From Siphonobacter sp. (GTDB lineage: Bacteria; Bacteroidota; Bacteroidia; Cytophagales; Spirosomataceae), in NCBI RefSeq assembly GCF_048595215.1, contig NZ_JBMDWJ010000195.1:3341-67340 (forward strand): 64,000 bases of DNA, given 5' to 3'. Below are positions 46,922-56,605 of this stretch, piece after piece (within the stretch, counting starts at the first letter, position 1; each line of letters starts with the position of its first letter). A program made the translations under genes and the position numbers. A model generated the notes under the pieces. That model did not search any database and was not told where the DNA came from. It saw nothing but the letters and a program-made list of their open reading frames with translations.

Positions 46922-48628
46922 TTACAGGTTTTGCTTCTTCATTTCCTTCACGGCGTAATCAACCGCACGGGCTGTCAGAGCCATGTACGTTAGCGAAGGG
47001 TTTTGCGTCGACGTAGAAGTCATCGAAGCCCCATCCGTGACGAACACGTTCTTGCAGGCGTGTAGCTGATTCCACTTGTTGAGCATCGATGTTTTAGGGT
47101 CTTTACCCATCCGAACGCCGCCCATTTCGTGAATGTCCAGTCCCGGAGCCTGCTTGGAATCGCGGGTACGGATGTTCTTGAAACCAGCCGCCGTATACAT
47201 TTCGGTGAACTGCTCGTGGAAATCCTTGATCATCTTCTCGTCATTGTCATCGTAGAACATGTTGATGGCCAATTGCGGGATGCCAAACGGATCTTTCTTA
47301 TTCGGATCAAGCTGAACGGTGCTGTTCTCTTTCGGGATGGTTTCGCCCATCATGTGGGAGCCTACGTGCCAGCCGCCCCAGGAGGGATTCATCAGGTTTT
47401 TCTTCAGATCCGCACCGATGCCGTCCTGATTGGTATACGTACCCCGACCGGCGTTGAAGCCCGCGGCATAGCCCCGCAGGAAGTTGGTCTCCTGCTTATG
47501 CACGTTCCGGAAACGCGGAATGTACGGACTATTGGGACGACGACCTTCGGTTTTCATATCCAGGAAACCATCGTATTCGGCTGAAATCGTAGCCCGGTAG
47601 TTGTGGAAGGCCACGTACTTGCCCAGCACACCGCTGTCGTTACCCAATCCGTTAGGGAAGCGGTTCGACGTTGAGTTCAGGAGTACGAGGTTGGTATTGA
47701 GAGCCGCTGCGTTGACAAAAATGATGCGGGCGTAGTACTCCGTCATTTTCTTGGTATTCGCATCGATCACCCGAACGCCCGTTGCTTTACCTTTTTTCTC
47801 GTCGTAAATAATCGAGTGCACGACGGAATTAGGCCGCAGGGTCATTTTGCCCGTTTTGGCGGCCCAAGGAATTGTAGAGGCGTTACTACTAAAATAACCA
47901 CCGAAGGGACAACCCCGCTCGCAGATGGTACGGTGCTGACACTGAGCCCGGCCCTGCTGGAAGTGAATATCTTTTGGTTCGGTTAGGTGAGCACAACGGC
48001 CCTGAATCACGTTCCGGTCCTTGTATTTGCTAGCGATCTGCTTCTGGAAATAATCTTCCACGCAGTTCATTTCGTGGGGCTTCTGAAACTCGCCGTCGGG
48101 CAGGTTGGGCAGACCGTCTTTATTACCGGAAATACCAGCGAATTTCTCTACGTAACTGTACCAGGGAGCAATATCCGCGTAACGAATGGGCCAGTCAACG
48201 GCAAAGCCGTCGCGGGCGGGGCCTTCGAAATCGAAATCACTCCACCGCTGCGTCTGGCGGGCCCAGAGCAGGGATTTTCCACCTACCTGATAGCCGCGAA
48301 TCCAGTCAAAGGGCTTTTCCTGCACGTACGGGTGTTCGGCATCTTTCACGAAAAAGTGCGTACTGCCTTCGTAAAAGGCATAACACTTGCTCACGATCGG
48401 GTTAGCTTCTTTTATTTCCAGGGGAAGCTGGGTGCGGTGCTCAAACTCCCAGGGGCTCATCATGCCCGTGGGGTAATCGGTTACATGTTTCACGTCCCTT
48501 CCCCGCTCCAGTACCAGCGTTCGCAGCCCGTGTTTCGTTAATTCTTTGGCGGCCCAGCCTCCGCTGATGCCCGAACCAACCACGATTGCATCGTATTGAT
48601 TGGCTGCCGTTGATTCCAGTATAGTCAT
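46922..48628 (-). CDS. GMC-family FAD oxidoreductase (large subunit)
   Basis: Reads YDAIVVGSGISGGWAAKEL and has the C-terminal GMC signature region. Confidence 0.85.
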   Translation of the reverse strand: MTILESTAANQYDAIVVGSGISGGWAAKELTKHGLRTLVLERGRDVKHVTDYPTGMMSPWEFEHRTQLPLEIKEANPIVSKCYAFYEGSTHFFVKDAEHPYVQEKPFDWIRGYQVGGKSLLWARQTQRWSDFDFEGPARDGFAVDWPIRYADIAPWYSYVEKFAGISGNKDGLPNLPDGEFQKPHEMNCVEDYFQKQIASKYKDRNVIQGRCAHLTEPKDIHFQQGRAQCQHRTICERGCPFGGYFSSNASTIPWAAKTGKMTLRPNSVVHSIIYDEKKGKATGVRVIDANTKKMTEYYARIIFVNAAALNTNLVLLNSTSNRFPNGLGNDSGVLGKYVAFHNYRATISAEYDGFLDMKTEGRRPNSPYIPRFRNVHKQETNFLRGYAAGFNAGRGTYTNQDGIGADLKKNLMNPSWGGWHVGSHMMGETIPKENSTVQLDPNKKDPFGIPQLAINMFYDDNDEKMIKDFHEQFTEMYTAAGFKNIRTRDSKQAPGLDIHEMGGVRMGKDPKTSMLNKWNQLHACKNVFVTDGASMTSTSTQNPSLTYMALTARAVDYAVKEMKKQNL

Positions 48629-48633
48629 GATCG

Positions 48634-49161
48634 TTATTTGCCAGTTGAAACGGGGACGCAGCCGTGGTAAAAGCCGGGTACGAGTTGGTAATGATTGATA
48701 TTGGTCTGGAAGTACTCCGAAGTGGTAAAGCCGCGAATGGTCAGGCTTTTGACCAGTTTGAAAAAGTCTTTGGTTTCTTCATCGGCTCCGGCGTTCAGCT
48801 GATTGAGAAAATTCAGTCGCTGATTGGTATCCATGCCCGAAAACGTTTTGCCTCCTGAACTCTTCTGGGCCAGATCGCTGACCGTGTAAAGACCGTTTTT
48901 CAGCGTTTCCTGAGCTTTCGTATCCATACAATCATTGACGATCTTCTGAATGTAAGCGGGAACGCCCAGGCTTTTCGCTCCGGGAATATCCGTTTCCGGA
49001 ATAATGGTTTCGGCCAGGTCGGCTAGCGTGGATTCTTCCAAAGCGGAAAGCAAGGGAGAACCCGCCACCGTCTCGGGCGTCCAGTGCTGAGCCCAGGAGG
49101 GGAGGCTCAGCAGACCGCCAAACGCAGCGGCCATGTTTTTTAATGCGATTCTACGTTCCAC
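48634..49161 (-). CDS. gluconate 2-dehydrogenase subunit-3-like small subunit (Tat signal)
   Basis: Reads MERRIALKNMAAAFGGLLSLPSWAQ. Lies 5 bp upstream of the GMC subunit. Confidence 0.7.
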   Translation of the reverse strand: MERRIALKNMAAAFGGLLSLPSWAQHWTPETVAGSPLLSALEESTLADLAETIIPETDIPGAKSLGVPAYIQKIVNDCMDTKAQETLKNGLYTVSDLAQKSSGGKTFSGMDTNQRLNFLNQLNAGADEETKDFFKLVKSLTIRGFTTSEYFQTNINHYQLVPGFYHGCVPVSTGK

Positions 49162-49278
49162 AAAGAATGAATTAGAGAGTTAGTTAGTCGGAACCAAAGC
49201 CTTTAAGCCAAAGAAGGCTGCAATGGAACCTGATTTAGAGGTTTGATTCAAGTAAAAATAAACGGTAAGCGTGGTATT

Positions 49279-50151
49279 TTATACAAAGACCCGCGAGCCG
49301 GAATAGTTACTCCGAAATTCCCGCGGCGTACAGCCATTTTTCTTTAAAAAGGTACGATTAAAATAGGATAAGTTGTTAAACCCGCATTTATAAGATACCT
49401 CGGCGATGGTCTGCGTAGTATCGATGAGCATGCGTGAGGCATGGCCCAGCCGAATCTCGTTGAGACTATCGACGAACGTTTTTCCCGTACTTTTTTTGAT
49501 AAAACGACTGAACGACACTTCCGGCATACTGGCTACTTTGGCGACATCGGCTAGGGTGATTTTCTTGTCGTAATGGGCCCGCATGTACTCGAAGGCTTTT
49601 TCGATACGACGACTATTATAATGAAAGGGATCGTGCGTGAAGGAGGCATTGGAAAGGGTACGCATGTTCCGGGAAATCGACAAATCGTGCAGAATCGACA
49701 TCAGGTCGAGTACCGAATCAAAGCCGCTCTTCTGGGTAAGGGCTTCCAGCCGGGGCCGTACCGCTTCAATCGTTTCCCGCGAAAACAATACCCCTTTGGC
49801 CGCTCGTTCCAGCAAAATCCGAATAAACGTCAACTGATTCCGACGCAGAAATTTTTCGTCGAACAGGTCGCGGTGAAACTGAATCGTAATTTCCCGAATC
49901 TCCTTGTTTTCGCACTGGTGCAGAAACCAGCCGTGGGGGAGATTAGTGCCTACTAGTACCAGCTCCAGATCTTCGATCACTTCGGAATGATCGCCAATGA
50001 TCCGTTTGATGCCGGGTCCACGGGCGATAAAATTCAGCTCGAATTCTTCGTGATAGTGTAGTGGGAAATCAAAATCAGACTTAACCCGGGCAAACAGCGT
50101 AAAGCAGTCATGCTGGGTAAGCGGTGTGATTTCGCGGTACAGATTACTCAT
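49279..50151 (-). CDS. AraC-family regulator (cupin plus HTH), divergent from the PUL
   Basis: Has an N-terminal cupin-like region (HYHEEFELNF). The C-terminal AraC HTH reads IAEVSYKCGFNNLSYFNRTFLKKNGCTPREFR. Confidence 0.85.
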   Translation of the reverse strand: MSNLYREITPLTQHDCFTLFARVKSDFDFPLHYHEEFELNFIARGPGIKRIIGDHSEVIEDLELVLVGTNLPHGWFLHQCENKEIREITIQFHRDLFDEKFLRRNQLTFIRILLERAAKGVLFSRETIEAVRPRLEALTQKSGFDSVLDLMSILHDLSISRNMRTLSNASFTHDPFHYNSRRIEKAFEYMRAHYDKKITLADVAKVASMPEVSFSRFIKKSTGKTFVDSLNEIRLGHASRMLIDTTQTIAEVSYKCGFNNLSYFNRTFLKKNGCTPREFRSNYSGSRVFV

Positions 50152-50408
50152 AAAGCAAAGGTAAAAGAGGTTTTAGCGATTAGCAAAAGTTTTGATAACA
50201 TAGTATTAGTACAAAGTTACTTTTTGTTTGGTATTCTGTTTGAATAATCAAAGAAAAATATGGCACTATTCGGCGATCATTGCAATTAATCGATATATAA
50301 TGATAATTTATGACTGATAAAAATGAAAATATGTTCAAGTAAATGATAAAATTGTGTTAGTGCAATGATAAAATTGACGCATACTTTTGTTGCGAAAAAT
50401 TTGACTCT

Positions 50409-53400
50409 ATGAATCGTTTTAAACTTTATCTTTTCTTCTCAGGATTGATGCTTCTAGGGTGCTTCGGAACTCTATTCGCTCAAAACCGGACCATCTCCGG
50501 TACTGTGGCTGACGAGAAAGGGGAGTTACTCCCCGGCGTAAGCCTTTCCATCAAGGGAACCACCCTTGGAACTAACACCAATGTTGAAGGACGCTTTACC
50601 CTGAGCATCCCCGCCAATGCTACCACGCTGGTGGTATCTTTTGTCGGTATGCAGACGCAGGAAATTCCGGTCACGAACGAATCAACTTACACGATTGTAT
50701 TGCAATCCGATAGCAAATCGCTCGATGAGGTTGTCGTTATTGGGTACGGTTCAGCCCGGAAAAGTGATTTGACGGGTTCGGTTGCTTCCATCAAGTCGGA
50801 ACAACTCACGCAGATTGCTACGCCCAACGTAACGCAGGCCATTCAGGGCCGCGTAGCCGGGGTAGACGTAACGGCTAACTCGGGGGAACCCGGTGGTGCC
50901 AGCCGGATTCGGATACGCGGGGTTGGTACAATCAACAACTCGGATCCTCTGTACGTAGTGGACGGTTTCCAGACTGGAGACATCAGCTTCCTGGCTCCTA
51001 CGGATATTGCTTCCATGGAAATCCTGAAAGATGCTTCAGCTACGGCTATTTACGGTTCTCGCGGAGCCAACGGGGTGGTTTTGATTACGACTAAACGTGG
51101 TCGTTCCGGCCCAACCCGCTTTACGCTGGATGGTTACGCCGGGGTACAGAACGCCTGGAACAAACTGAATATGCTGAATGCTGCTCAGTACGGAACCCTT
51201 CGTCTGGAAGCGTACCGCAACGACGGAACGGTACTGGACCCGAATGGTGCGGAATATCGTCTACTCAATAATGCCGCTCAAACCAACATGCAGGGTACGG
51301 ATTGGCAGAAAGAAGTGATGCAAACGGGTTCTATTCAGAACTACAGCCTGAACGTACTGGGAGGTACGGACAAGTCACGCTATAGCCTGACGGGTACGTA
51401 TTTCGGTCAGGACGGGATTGTGAAGAATTCTTCCTTACGAAAGTATTTCCTGCGTTTCAATAACGATTATACTTTCAACAACTGGTTGACGGGTGGTATC
51501 TCCGGAGCGTTTTCCCGTACGAACAAGACGTTTACCAACAATGACCTGTTCGCTGGGGTGCTGACTACGGCTTTGCGGGCGGAACCTATTACGCCCGCCT
51601 GGAACCCGGAAACCAATAACTGGGGTCGTACGATTGTATCGCAGGAAAACAACCCGGCTCGTGCCGCGAGTGAAATGTCCGGTAACAAAGGCTACGAAAG
51701 TCTGCTGAACGCCAACGCCTACGTAGAGGCTTCGTTCCTGAAACATTTCAAACTGCGTTCACAATTTGGCGTTAATTACAAAAACGTTCACAACAAGCAG
51801 TATCTGCCCGAGTTTTTCCTGGACATCAAAGAATTACGTCCCAACAGCCAGTTGACGGAGTATCGGAGTGAGCAGACGCAGTGGGTATCTTCTACTTACC
51901 TGACCTACGATAATGACTTTGGTAAGCACCACGTAGGCGGTATGATTGGTACGGAAGCTCAACGCAGTACCTTCGATAACATTGGTATGACGGCCTATAA
52001 TGTACCGGACAATACCGATCTGCGGTACTTGTCCTCCAGCCGTAATCCAAACGTAATTCCGACGACTACACCGCCTTCGGATGAATCCCTGCTTTCGTTC
52101 TTTGGTCGGGCGAACTATAGCTACAACGAGAAGTACATGTTGACGGCTACGCTGCGGTATGATGGTTCTTCCCGCTTCCTGAAAGGAAATCGTTGGGGTA
52201 TTTTCCCGGCTTTTGCTTTCGGCTGGAACGTAACGGATGAGCCCTTCATGGCCAATATCAAAGCCATCAGTAACCTGAAAGTACGGGCCGGATGGGGTCA
52301 GGTAGGTAACCAAAACTCAGCCAATAACTACGGGTACGTAACGACGATTTCTGGTGGTAACCGCTACGTATTCGGCGACCAGATCGTGGAAGGTTTCGCT
52401 CCAACGATGGCGAGCAACCCGAACCTGAAGTGGGAAACGACGACGAGCTCCAACATTGGTATCGACGCAGATTTCTTTAATCATAGCCTGAGTTTAACGG
52501 CCGATTACTTCATCAAGAATACGGCTGACATGATTGTTCGGGTTCCCGTACCCGTGTTCATCGGCGTAGGACCTCCGTACGTCAATGCCGGTAGCATGCG
52601 GAACAACGGTATCGAATTAGCCTTGAACTATCGCAATGAAGTAGGGGCGTTCCGCTACGATGTGGGTGTGAACTTCACGAAGATCAAAAACGAAGTAACC
52701 AGCCTCGGTGGGGGTACAGGCATTGAATCGGCCAACGTCATCAGTAACTGGGGTAACATTACCCGTACGTCGGTGGGTCGCGAAATCGCTTACTTCTACG
52801 GCTTGAAAACCGATGGGATTTTCAGAACGCAGGAAGAAGCGAATGCCTACAATACAAAATACGGAATTGGTAGCGAAAACCTGGCCAAAGCGGGCGATGT
52901 ACGCTTCGTAGATGCGAATAACGACGGAGTTATTAACGATAAGGACCGCGTATACCTGGGTAGTGCTACGCCGAAATTCAGTTACGGTTTCAACGCAACG
53001 CTGGGTTACAAAAACTTTGATCTTCGTTTATTCTTCCAGGGTGTACAAGGTGTAGAAGTAGTGAATGCACTGGATTACTTTACCCGTAGCTCAATGGGTA
53101 CCTGGAATTCGGTTACGGATCGCCTCAACCGCTGGACGCCTGAGAATACGAACACGAACGAACCCCGCATGACGGCGAAGGATGCCAATGCCAACTACCG
53201 CTTCAGTGATCGTTTCGTACAAAGTGGAGATTACTTGCGTCTGCGGAACGTAACGCTGGGATATACTATTCCGAAAGTGGTAACGGATCGCTGGAAAATG
53301 TCAACGGTACGGGCCTACGTTTCGGTAGATAACCTCCTGACCGTAACGGGCTACAAAGGTCTGGATCCCGAAATCGGTGAGTATGGTTACAACCGGAGCT

Positions 53401-53483
53401 ACAACCCACTGGCTGTGGGTGTGGACGTAGGAACCTACCCCCAACCCCAAACCTGGCGTGCCGGGCTAACGCTCAATTTCTAA
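50409..53483 (+). CDS. susC: SusC/RagA-family TonB-linked outer membrane protein
   Basis: 1024 aa. Has a CarboxypepD_reg N-terminus, then VVIGYGSARKSDLTGS and a plug. It is followed by a SusD-like gene. Confidence 0.93.
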   Translation: MNRFKLYLFFSGLMLLGCFGTLFAQNRTISGTVADEKGELLPGVSLSIKGTTLGTNTNVEGRFTLSIPANATTLVVSFVGMQTQEIPVTNESTYTIVLQSDSKSLDEVVVIGYGSARKSDLTGSVASIKSEQLTQIATPNVTQAIQGRVAGVDVTANSGEPGGASRIRIRGVGTINNSDPLYVVDGFQTGDISFLAPTDIASMEILKDASATAIYGSRGANGVVLITTKRGRSGPTRFTLDGYAGVQNAWNKLNMLNAAQYGTLRLEAYRNDGTVLDPNGAEYRLLNNAAQTNMQGTDWQKEVMQTGSIQNYSLNVLGGTDKSRYSLTGTYFGQDGIVKNSSLRKYFLRFNNDYTFNNWLTGGISGAFSRTNKTFTNNDLFAGVLTTALRAEPITPAWNPETNNWGRTIVSQENNPARAASEMSGNKGYESLLNANAYVEASFLKHFKLRSQFGVNYKNVHNKQYLPEFFLDIKELRPNSQLTEYRSEQTQWVSSTYLTYDNDFGKHHVGGMIGTEAQRSTFDNIGMTAYNVPDNTDLRYLSSSRNPNVIPTTTPPSDESLLSFFGRANYSYNEKYMLTATLRYDGSSRFLKGNRWGIFPAFAFGWNVTDEPFMANIKAISNLKVRAGWGQVGNQNSANNYGYVTTISGGNRYVFGDQIVEGFAPTMASNPNLKWETTTSSNIGIDADFFNHSLSLTADYFIKNTADMIVRVPVPVFIGVGPPYVNAGSMRNNGIELALNYRNEVGAFRYDVGVNFTKIKNEVTSLGGGTGIESANVISNWGNITRTSVGREIAYFYGLKTDGIFRTQEEANAYNTKYGIGSENLAKAGDVRFVDANNDGVINDKDRVYLGSATPKFSYGFNATLGYKNFDLRLFFQGVQGVEVVNALDYFTRSSMGTWNSVTDRLNRWTPENTNTNEPRMTAKDANANYRFSDRFVQSGDYLRLRNVTLGYTIPKVVTDRWKMSTVRAYVSVDNLLTVTGYKGLDPEIGEYGYNRSYNPLAVGVDVGTYPQPQTWRAGLTLNF

Positions 53484-53488
53484 GATAG

Positions 53489-53636
53489 TTTTCGGTTTAC
53501 TGTTTTCAGTTTTCAATGCAAGTCGCAGAGGACTGAAAGCAGTGAACAAAGAATTAACAAAGAGATTTCGGTTTACTGTTTTCACTGCAAGCCTCGCAGA
53601 ACTGAAAACAGCAAACCGAAAACTGAAAACTGAAAA
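53489..53636 (+). repeat. tandem pair of long hairpins in the susC-susD spacer
   Basis: The 19-nt direct repeat TTTCGGTTTACTGTTTTCA occurs at 53490-53508 and 53566-53584. Copy 2 pairs with TGAAAACAGCAAACCGAAA (53603-53621) at 18 of 19 positions. Copy 1 pairs less well with 53534-53553. The loops are similar (TGCAAG..CGCAGA). Confidence 0.8.
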
Positions 53637-53638
53637 AA

Positions 53639-55237
53639 ATGAAATTCAAATATATCATCGTGGCTTTGCTGCTGGCTACCAGCGGTACGATGCAGAGCTG
53701 CAGCGATTTTCTGGATAAAAATCCGCTGGGCCAGGATACGGACCAGAACTTTTATACCGATCCCAATAATGCCATCCTGGCCGTTAACGCGGCCTATGAC
53801 GTCCTGGCTTACGACGAAGGAAACGATGGCTTGGGCAACTATGTCAACCACAACTACGAGTGGATGTTCGGGGATGTACTGTCGGAAGATGCCGAAAAAG
53901 GTAGTACGCCGGGCGATATGCCTCCCCTGCAGGAGCTGAAGGAATGGCGGGCTACGGGTACCAACACCATCGCTCAGGCCGTTTGGCAAAACATGTTCCA
54001 GGCGATTTATCGGACGAACCTGTTGCTGCAAAACCTGGAAAATTCACCCATTGATGCAACGCTGAAAAATCGTTTGATGGGCGAGGCGTACTTCATTCGG
54101 GGCTACAGTTATTTCTACATGCTGCGTTTGTACGGCGGACTGCCTTTGTTCACGAAACCCGTGCAGCCTTCGGATTACAGCAATACCAAGCGTTCTACCC
54201 TGAGCGAAACGTATGCGTTCATTGAAGCCGATTTCAAGAAAGCCGCTGAACTGTTACCCGAGAAAAATGCCTACGAAGCGGCAGACGCCGGTCGTGCGAC
54301 CAAAGGAGCTGCCAATGGATTCCTGGCCCGTGCGATCCTGTATCAAATGGGAACCGACAATCCCCGGGGTCATACCTGGAAAGAGTTATACGATCTGACC
54401 GATGTAATTGCCAAATCGGGACAGTATGCGTTGACCGACAACTACGCCGCGATTCAGGAAGGTGAAAATGAAAACAATGCGGAATCATTGTTCGAAATTC
54501 AGTTTGCCGAATCTAACGTAACCTGGGGTATCCAGCGTTCTGGAACGAACAACAACCAGATTCAGAACAACCGGAATACCTGGGGTTGGGGCTTCAATAA
54601 CCCGACGCAAAGTCTGGTGAATGCCTTTGAAGCGAATGATCCCCGTAAAGCCGCTACGATCTACAAAACGGGCGACATCGTTACGGGTATCGAGCAGGTG
54701 ATCAACTTCCCTTCCGAAAACTCAACGGGTTTCCTGAACCGGAAAGCGGCCATCATCAAGCCTACGCAACCTTCGCAGTCGCCGCAAAACATTCGTAAAT
54801 TGCGGTACGCGGACGTGTTGCTGATGCGAGCCGAAGCCGCCGCTCACCTGGGCAACGAAAGCGAAGCTCGTACAATCCTGAATCAGATTCGTGACCGGGC
54901 TCGTAAGTCTACGCTACCTAAAGGTTCGAAACTCAATACCATGACCTACGAACCCGCCAATACGCCCGCTTCGGCTTTACCGCCGATCGCCGCTACGGTA
55001 ACGGGAACGGCTTTGCTGGACGCCATTTACCACGAGCGTCGCGTAGAGCTGGGTATGGAAGCCCTGCACTTCTGGGATCAGGTTCGTACCGGAACGTACT
55101 TTAACTCACTACCCGCTTCGATTCGTTCTTCCGCGATGAGTCATAGCATTAAGGGTTCGGTTAATTCCATCCCGGTACTGCCGATTCCGGCAAACGAAGT
55201 ACAATCCTGGGGTCTGGAGCAGAATCCGGGGTATTAA
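53639..55237 (+). CDS. susD: SusD/RagB-family nutrient-binding lipoprotein
   Basis: Has a lipobox (TMQSCSDFLD), TPR-like SusD motifs and a C-terminal NPGY. Confidence 0.92.
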   Translation: MKFKYIIVALLLATSGTMQSCSDFLDKNPLGQDTDQNFYTDPNNAILAVNAAYDVLAYDEGNDGLGNYVNHNYEWMFGDVLSEDAEKGSTPGDMPPLQELKEWRATGTNTIAQAVWQNMFQAIYRTNLLLQNLENSPIDATLKNRLMGEAYFIRGYSYFYMLRLYGGLPLFTKPVQPSDYSNTKRSTLSETYAFIEADFKKAAELLPEKNAYEAADAGRATKGAANGFLARAILYQMGTDNPRGHTWKELYDLTDVIAKSGQYALTDNYAAIQEGENENNAESLFEIQFAESNVTWGIQRSGTNNNQIQNNRNTWGWGFNNPTQSLVNAFEANDPRKAATIYKTGDIVTGIEQVINFPSENSTGFLNRKAAIIKPTQPSQSPQNIRKLRYADVLLMRAEAAAHLGNESEARTILNQIRDRARKSTLPKGSKLNTMTYEPANTPASALPPIAATVTGTALLDAIYHERRVELGMEALHFWDQVRTGTYFNSLPASIRSSAMSHSIKGSVNSIPVLPIPANEVQSWGLEQNPGY

Positions 55238-55238
55238 T

Positions 55239-55368
55239 TGGGTTGTTGGTTTTTAGTTTTTAAGCAGTCAGGTACATACGATCGATTATTTGTAAACCAC
55301 TAATCAGATCCGAATCGCACCTCAACGAACGATAGTACTAGTCAGGCAACTAACAACCAATAACCAAA
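55239..55368 (+). repeat. intercistronic long-range hairpin (susD-GH26 spacer)
   Basis: The GT-rich arm at 55239-55258 pairs with the AC-rich arm at 55349-55368, at about 17 of 18 positions including a G-U. The interior is about 90 nt. Confidence 0.55.
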
Positions 55369-55412
55369 CAAAGGCTTCTATTCGAATCGGGTAGAAGCCT
55401 TTGTTTTATCTT
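55369..55412 (+). terminator. terminator-like hairpin inside the PUL (possible partial terminator)
   Basis: CAAAGGCTTCTA (55369-55380) pairs with TAGAAGCCTTTG (55392-55403). GTTTTATCTTT follows. Confidence 0.65.
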
Positions 55413-55424
55413 TAAACGAAAAAA

Positions 55425-56531
55425 ATGATGTTACGTACGGCTCTGGTTTGTTTGACTTTATACGCGGGGAGCCTCGGTGCTCAGACCGCCCCCATTGATA
55501 AAAAAGCCACGAAAGAAACCCGGAATCTGTATACCAATTTGCAGAAGCTGGCGAAAAAGGGAACCATGTTCGGCCATCAGGACGATCTGGGGTATGGCGT
55601 GAACTGGCGGGCCGAAGCCGGTCGTTCGGATGTGAAGGAGGTCGTGGGCGAGTACCCCGCCGTATTCGGCTGGGATTTGGGCCGGATTGAATTCGATAGT
55701 ACTCACGAAATCGACGGGATTCCGTTCGAAAGTCAGCGGAAATTTGTGGAGCAGGTCTACGCTCAGGGAGGGGTTAATACGTTTAGCTGGCACCTAAACA
55801 ACCCAACCGACCCTACGAAAACGAGCTGGGATAAAGTAGATTTCACCATTCGTGCACTCTTCAGTGATTCGCAGGCTCAGCAACGGTACGATGCCTGGCT
55901 GGATCGGGTCGCGGCTTATTTCAAAAGCCTGAAAGGACCCAAAGGCGAAGCCATCCCGGTGATCTTCCGGCCCTTCCACGAGCATACGGGTAGCTGGTTC
56001 TGGTGGGGGAAAGCCCACGCTACCGTAGACGAATACGTGCAATTGTGGCGATACACCGTCGAGTATTTACGCGATAAAAAAGACGTTCATAATGTACTGT
56101 ATGCGTATTCGACCGACCGTTTCCCGACGAAAGAAGAATACCTCGAACGCTATCCCGGCGATGCGTATATCGACATCGTTGGTTTTGACATTTACCACCG
56201 TCCGCAACCCGGTCAGCCTGACCATTTTGTAGCGAATACGCGTCAAATGGTGGAGATCCTGAAAGAGGTGGGGCAGGAAAAGAAAAAAGTATACGCCATC
56301 ACCGAAACTGGCCTCGAAAAACTGCCCCAGCCCAACTGGTGGACGCAGGTACTAGCACCGATTATCAAAAACGCGGGTTTATCTTACGTGCTGGTTTGGC
56401 GAAATGGCAACCCGGGACACTTTTACGCTCCCTACGCCGGACAAGCCACTGCGGAAGATTTTAAGAAATTTTCCCAGCAATCGGACGTTTACCTCCAAAA
56501 GAAAACGGCTGCTGCCCAACTCTACCGCTAA
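55425..56531 (+). CDS. GH26 endo-beta-1,4-mannanase
   Basis: Has a signal peptide. Reads FGHQDD and FRPFHEHTGSWFWWG, plus the ITETG nucleophile context. Confidence 0.85.
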   Translation: MMLRTALVCLTLYAGSLGAQTAPIDKKATKETRNLYTNLQKLAKKGTMFGHQDDLGYGVNWRAEAGRSDVKEVVGEYPAVFGWDLGRIEFDSTHEIDGIPFESQRKFVEQVYAQGGVNTFSWHLNNPTDPTKTSWDKVDFTIRALFSDSQAQQRYDAWLDRVAAYFKSLKGPKGEAIPVIFRPFHEHTGSWFWWGKAHATVDEYVQLWRYTVEYLRDKKDVHNVLYAYSTDRFPTKEEYLERYPGDAYIDIVGFDIYHRPQPGQPDHFVANTRQMVEILKEVGQEKKKVYAITETGLEKLPQPNWWTQVLAPIIKNAGLSYVLVWRNGNPGHFYAPYAGQATAEDFKKFSQQSDVYLQKKTAAAQLYR

Positions 56532-56605
56532 GTATTCGGCTCATGCATGACTCTCCGGAACTTGCCTAACGTATACTGAGTTGGTTAGCTAGCAACGGAG
56601 CAATC

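Noticed and set aside
53484-53638. Repeated TTTCGGTTTACTGTTTTCA units as a CRISPR array.
   Set aside because: There are only two copies. The sequence between them is the complementary arm of a hairpin rather than a unique spacer. No cas genes are present.
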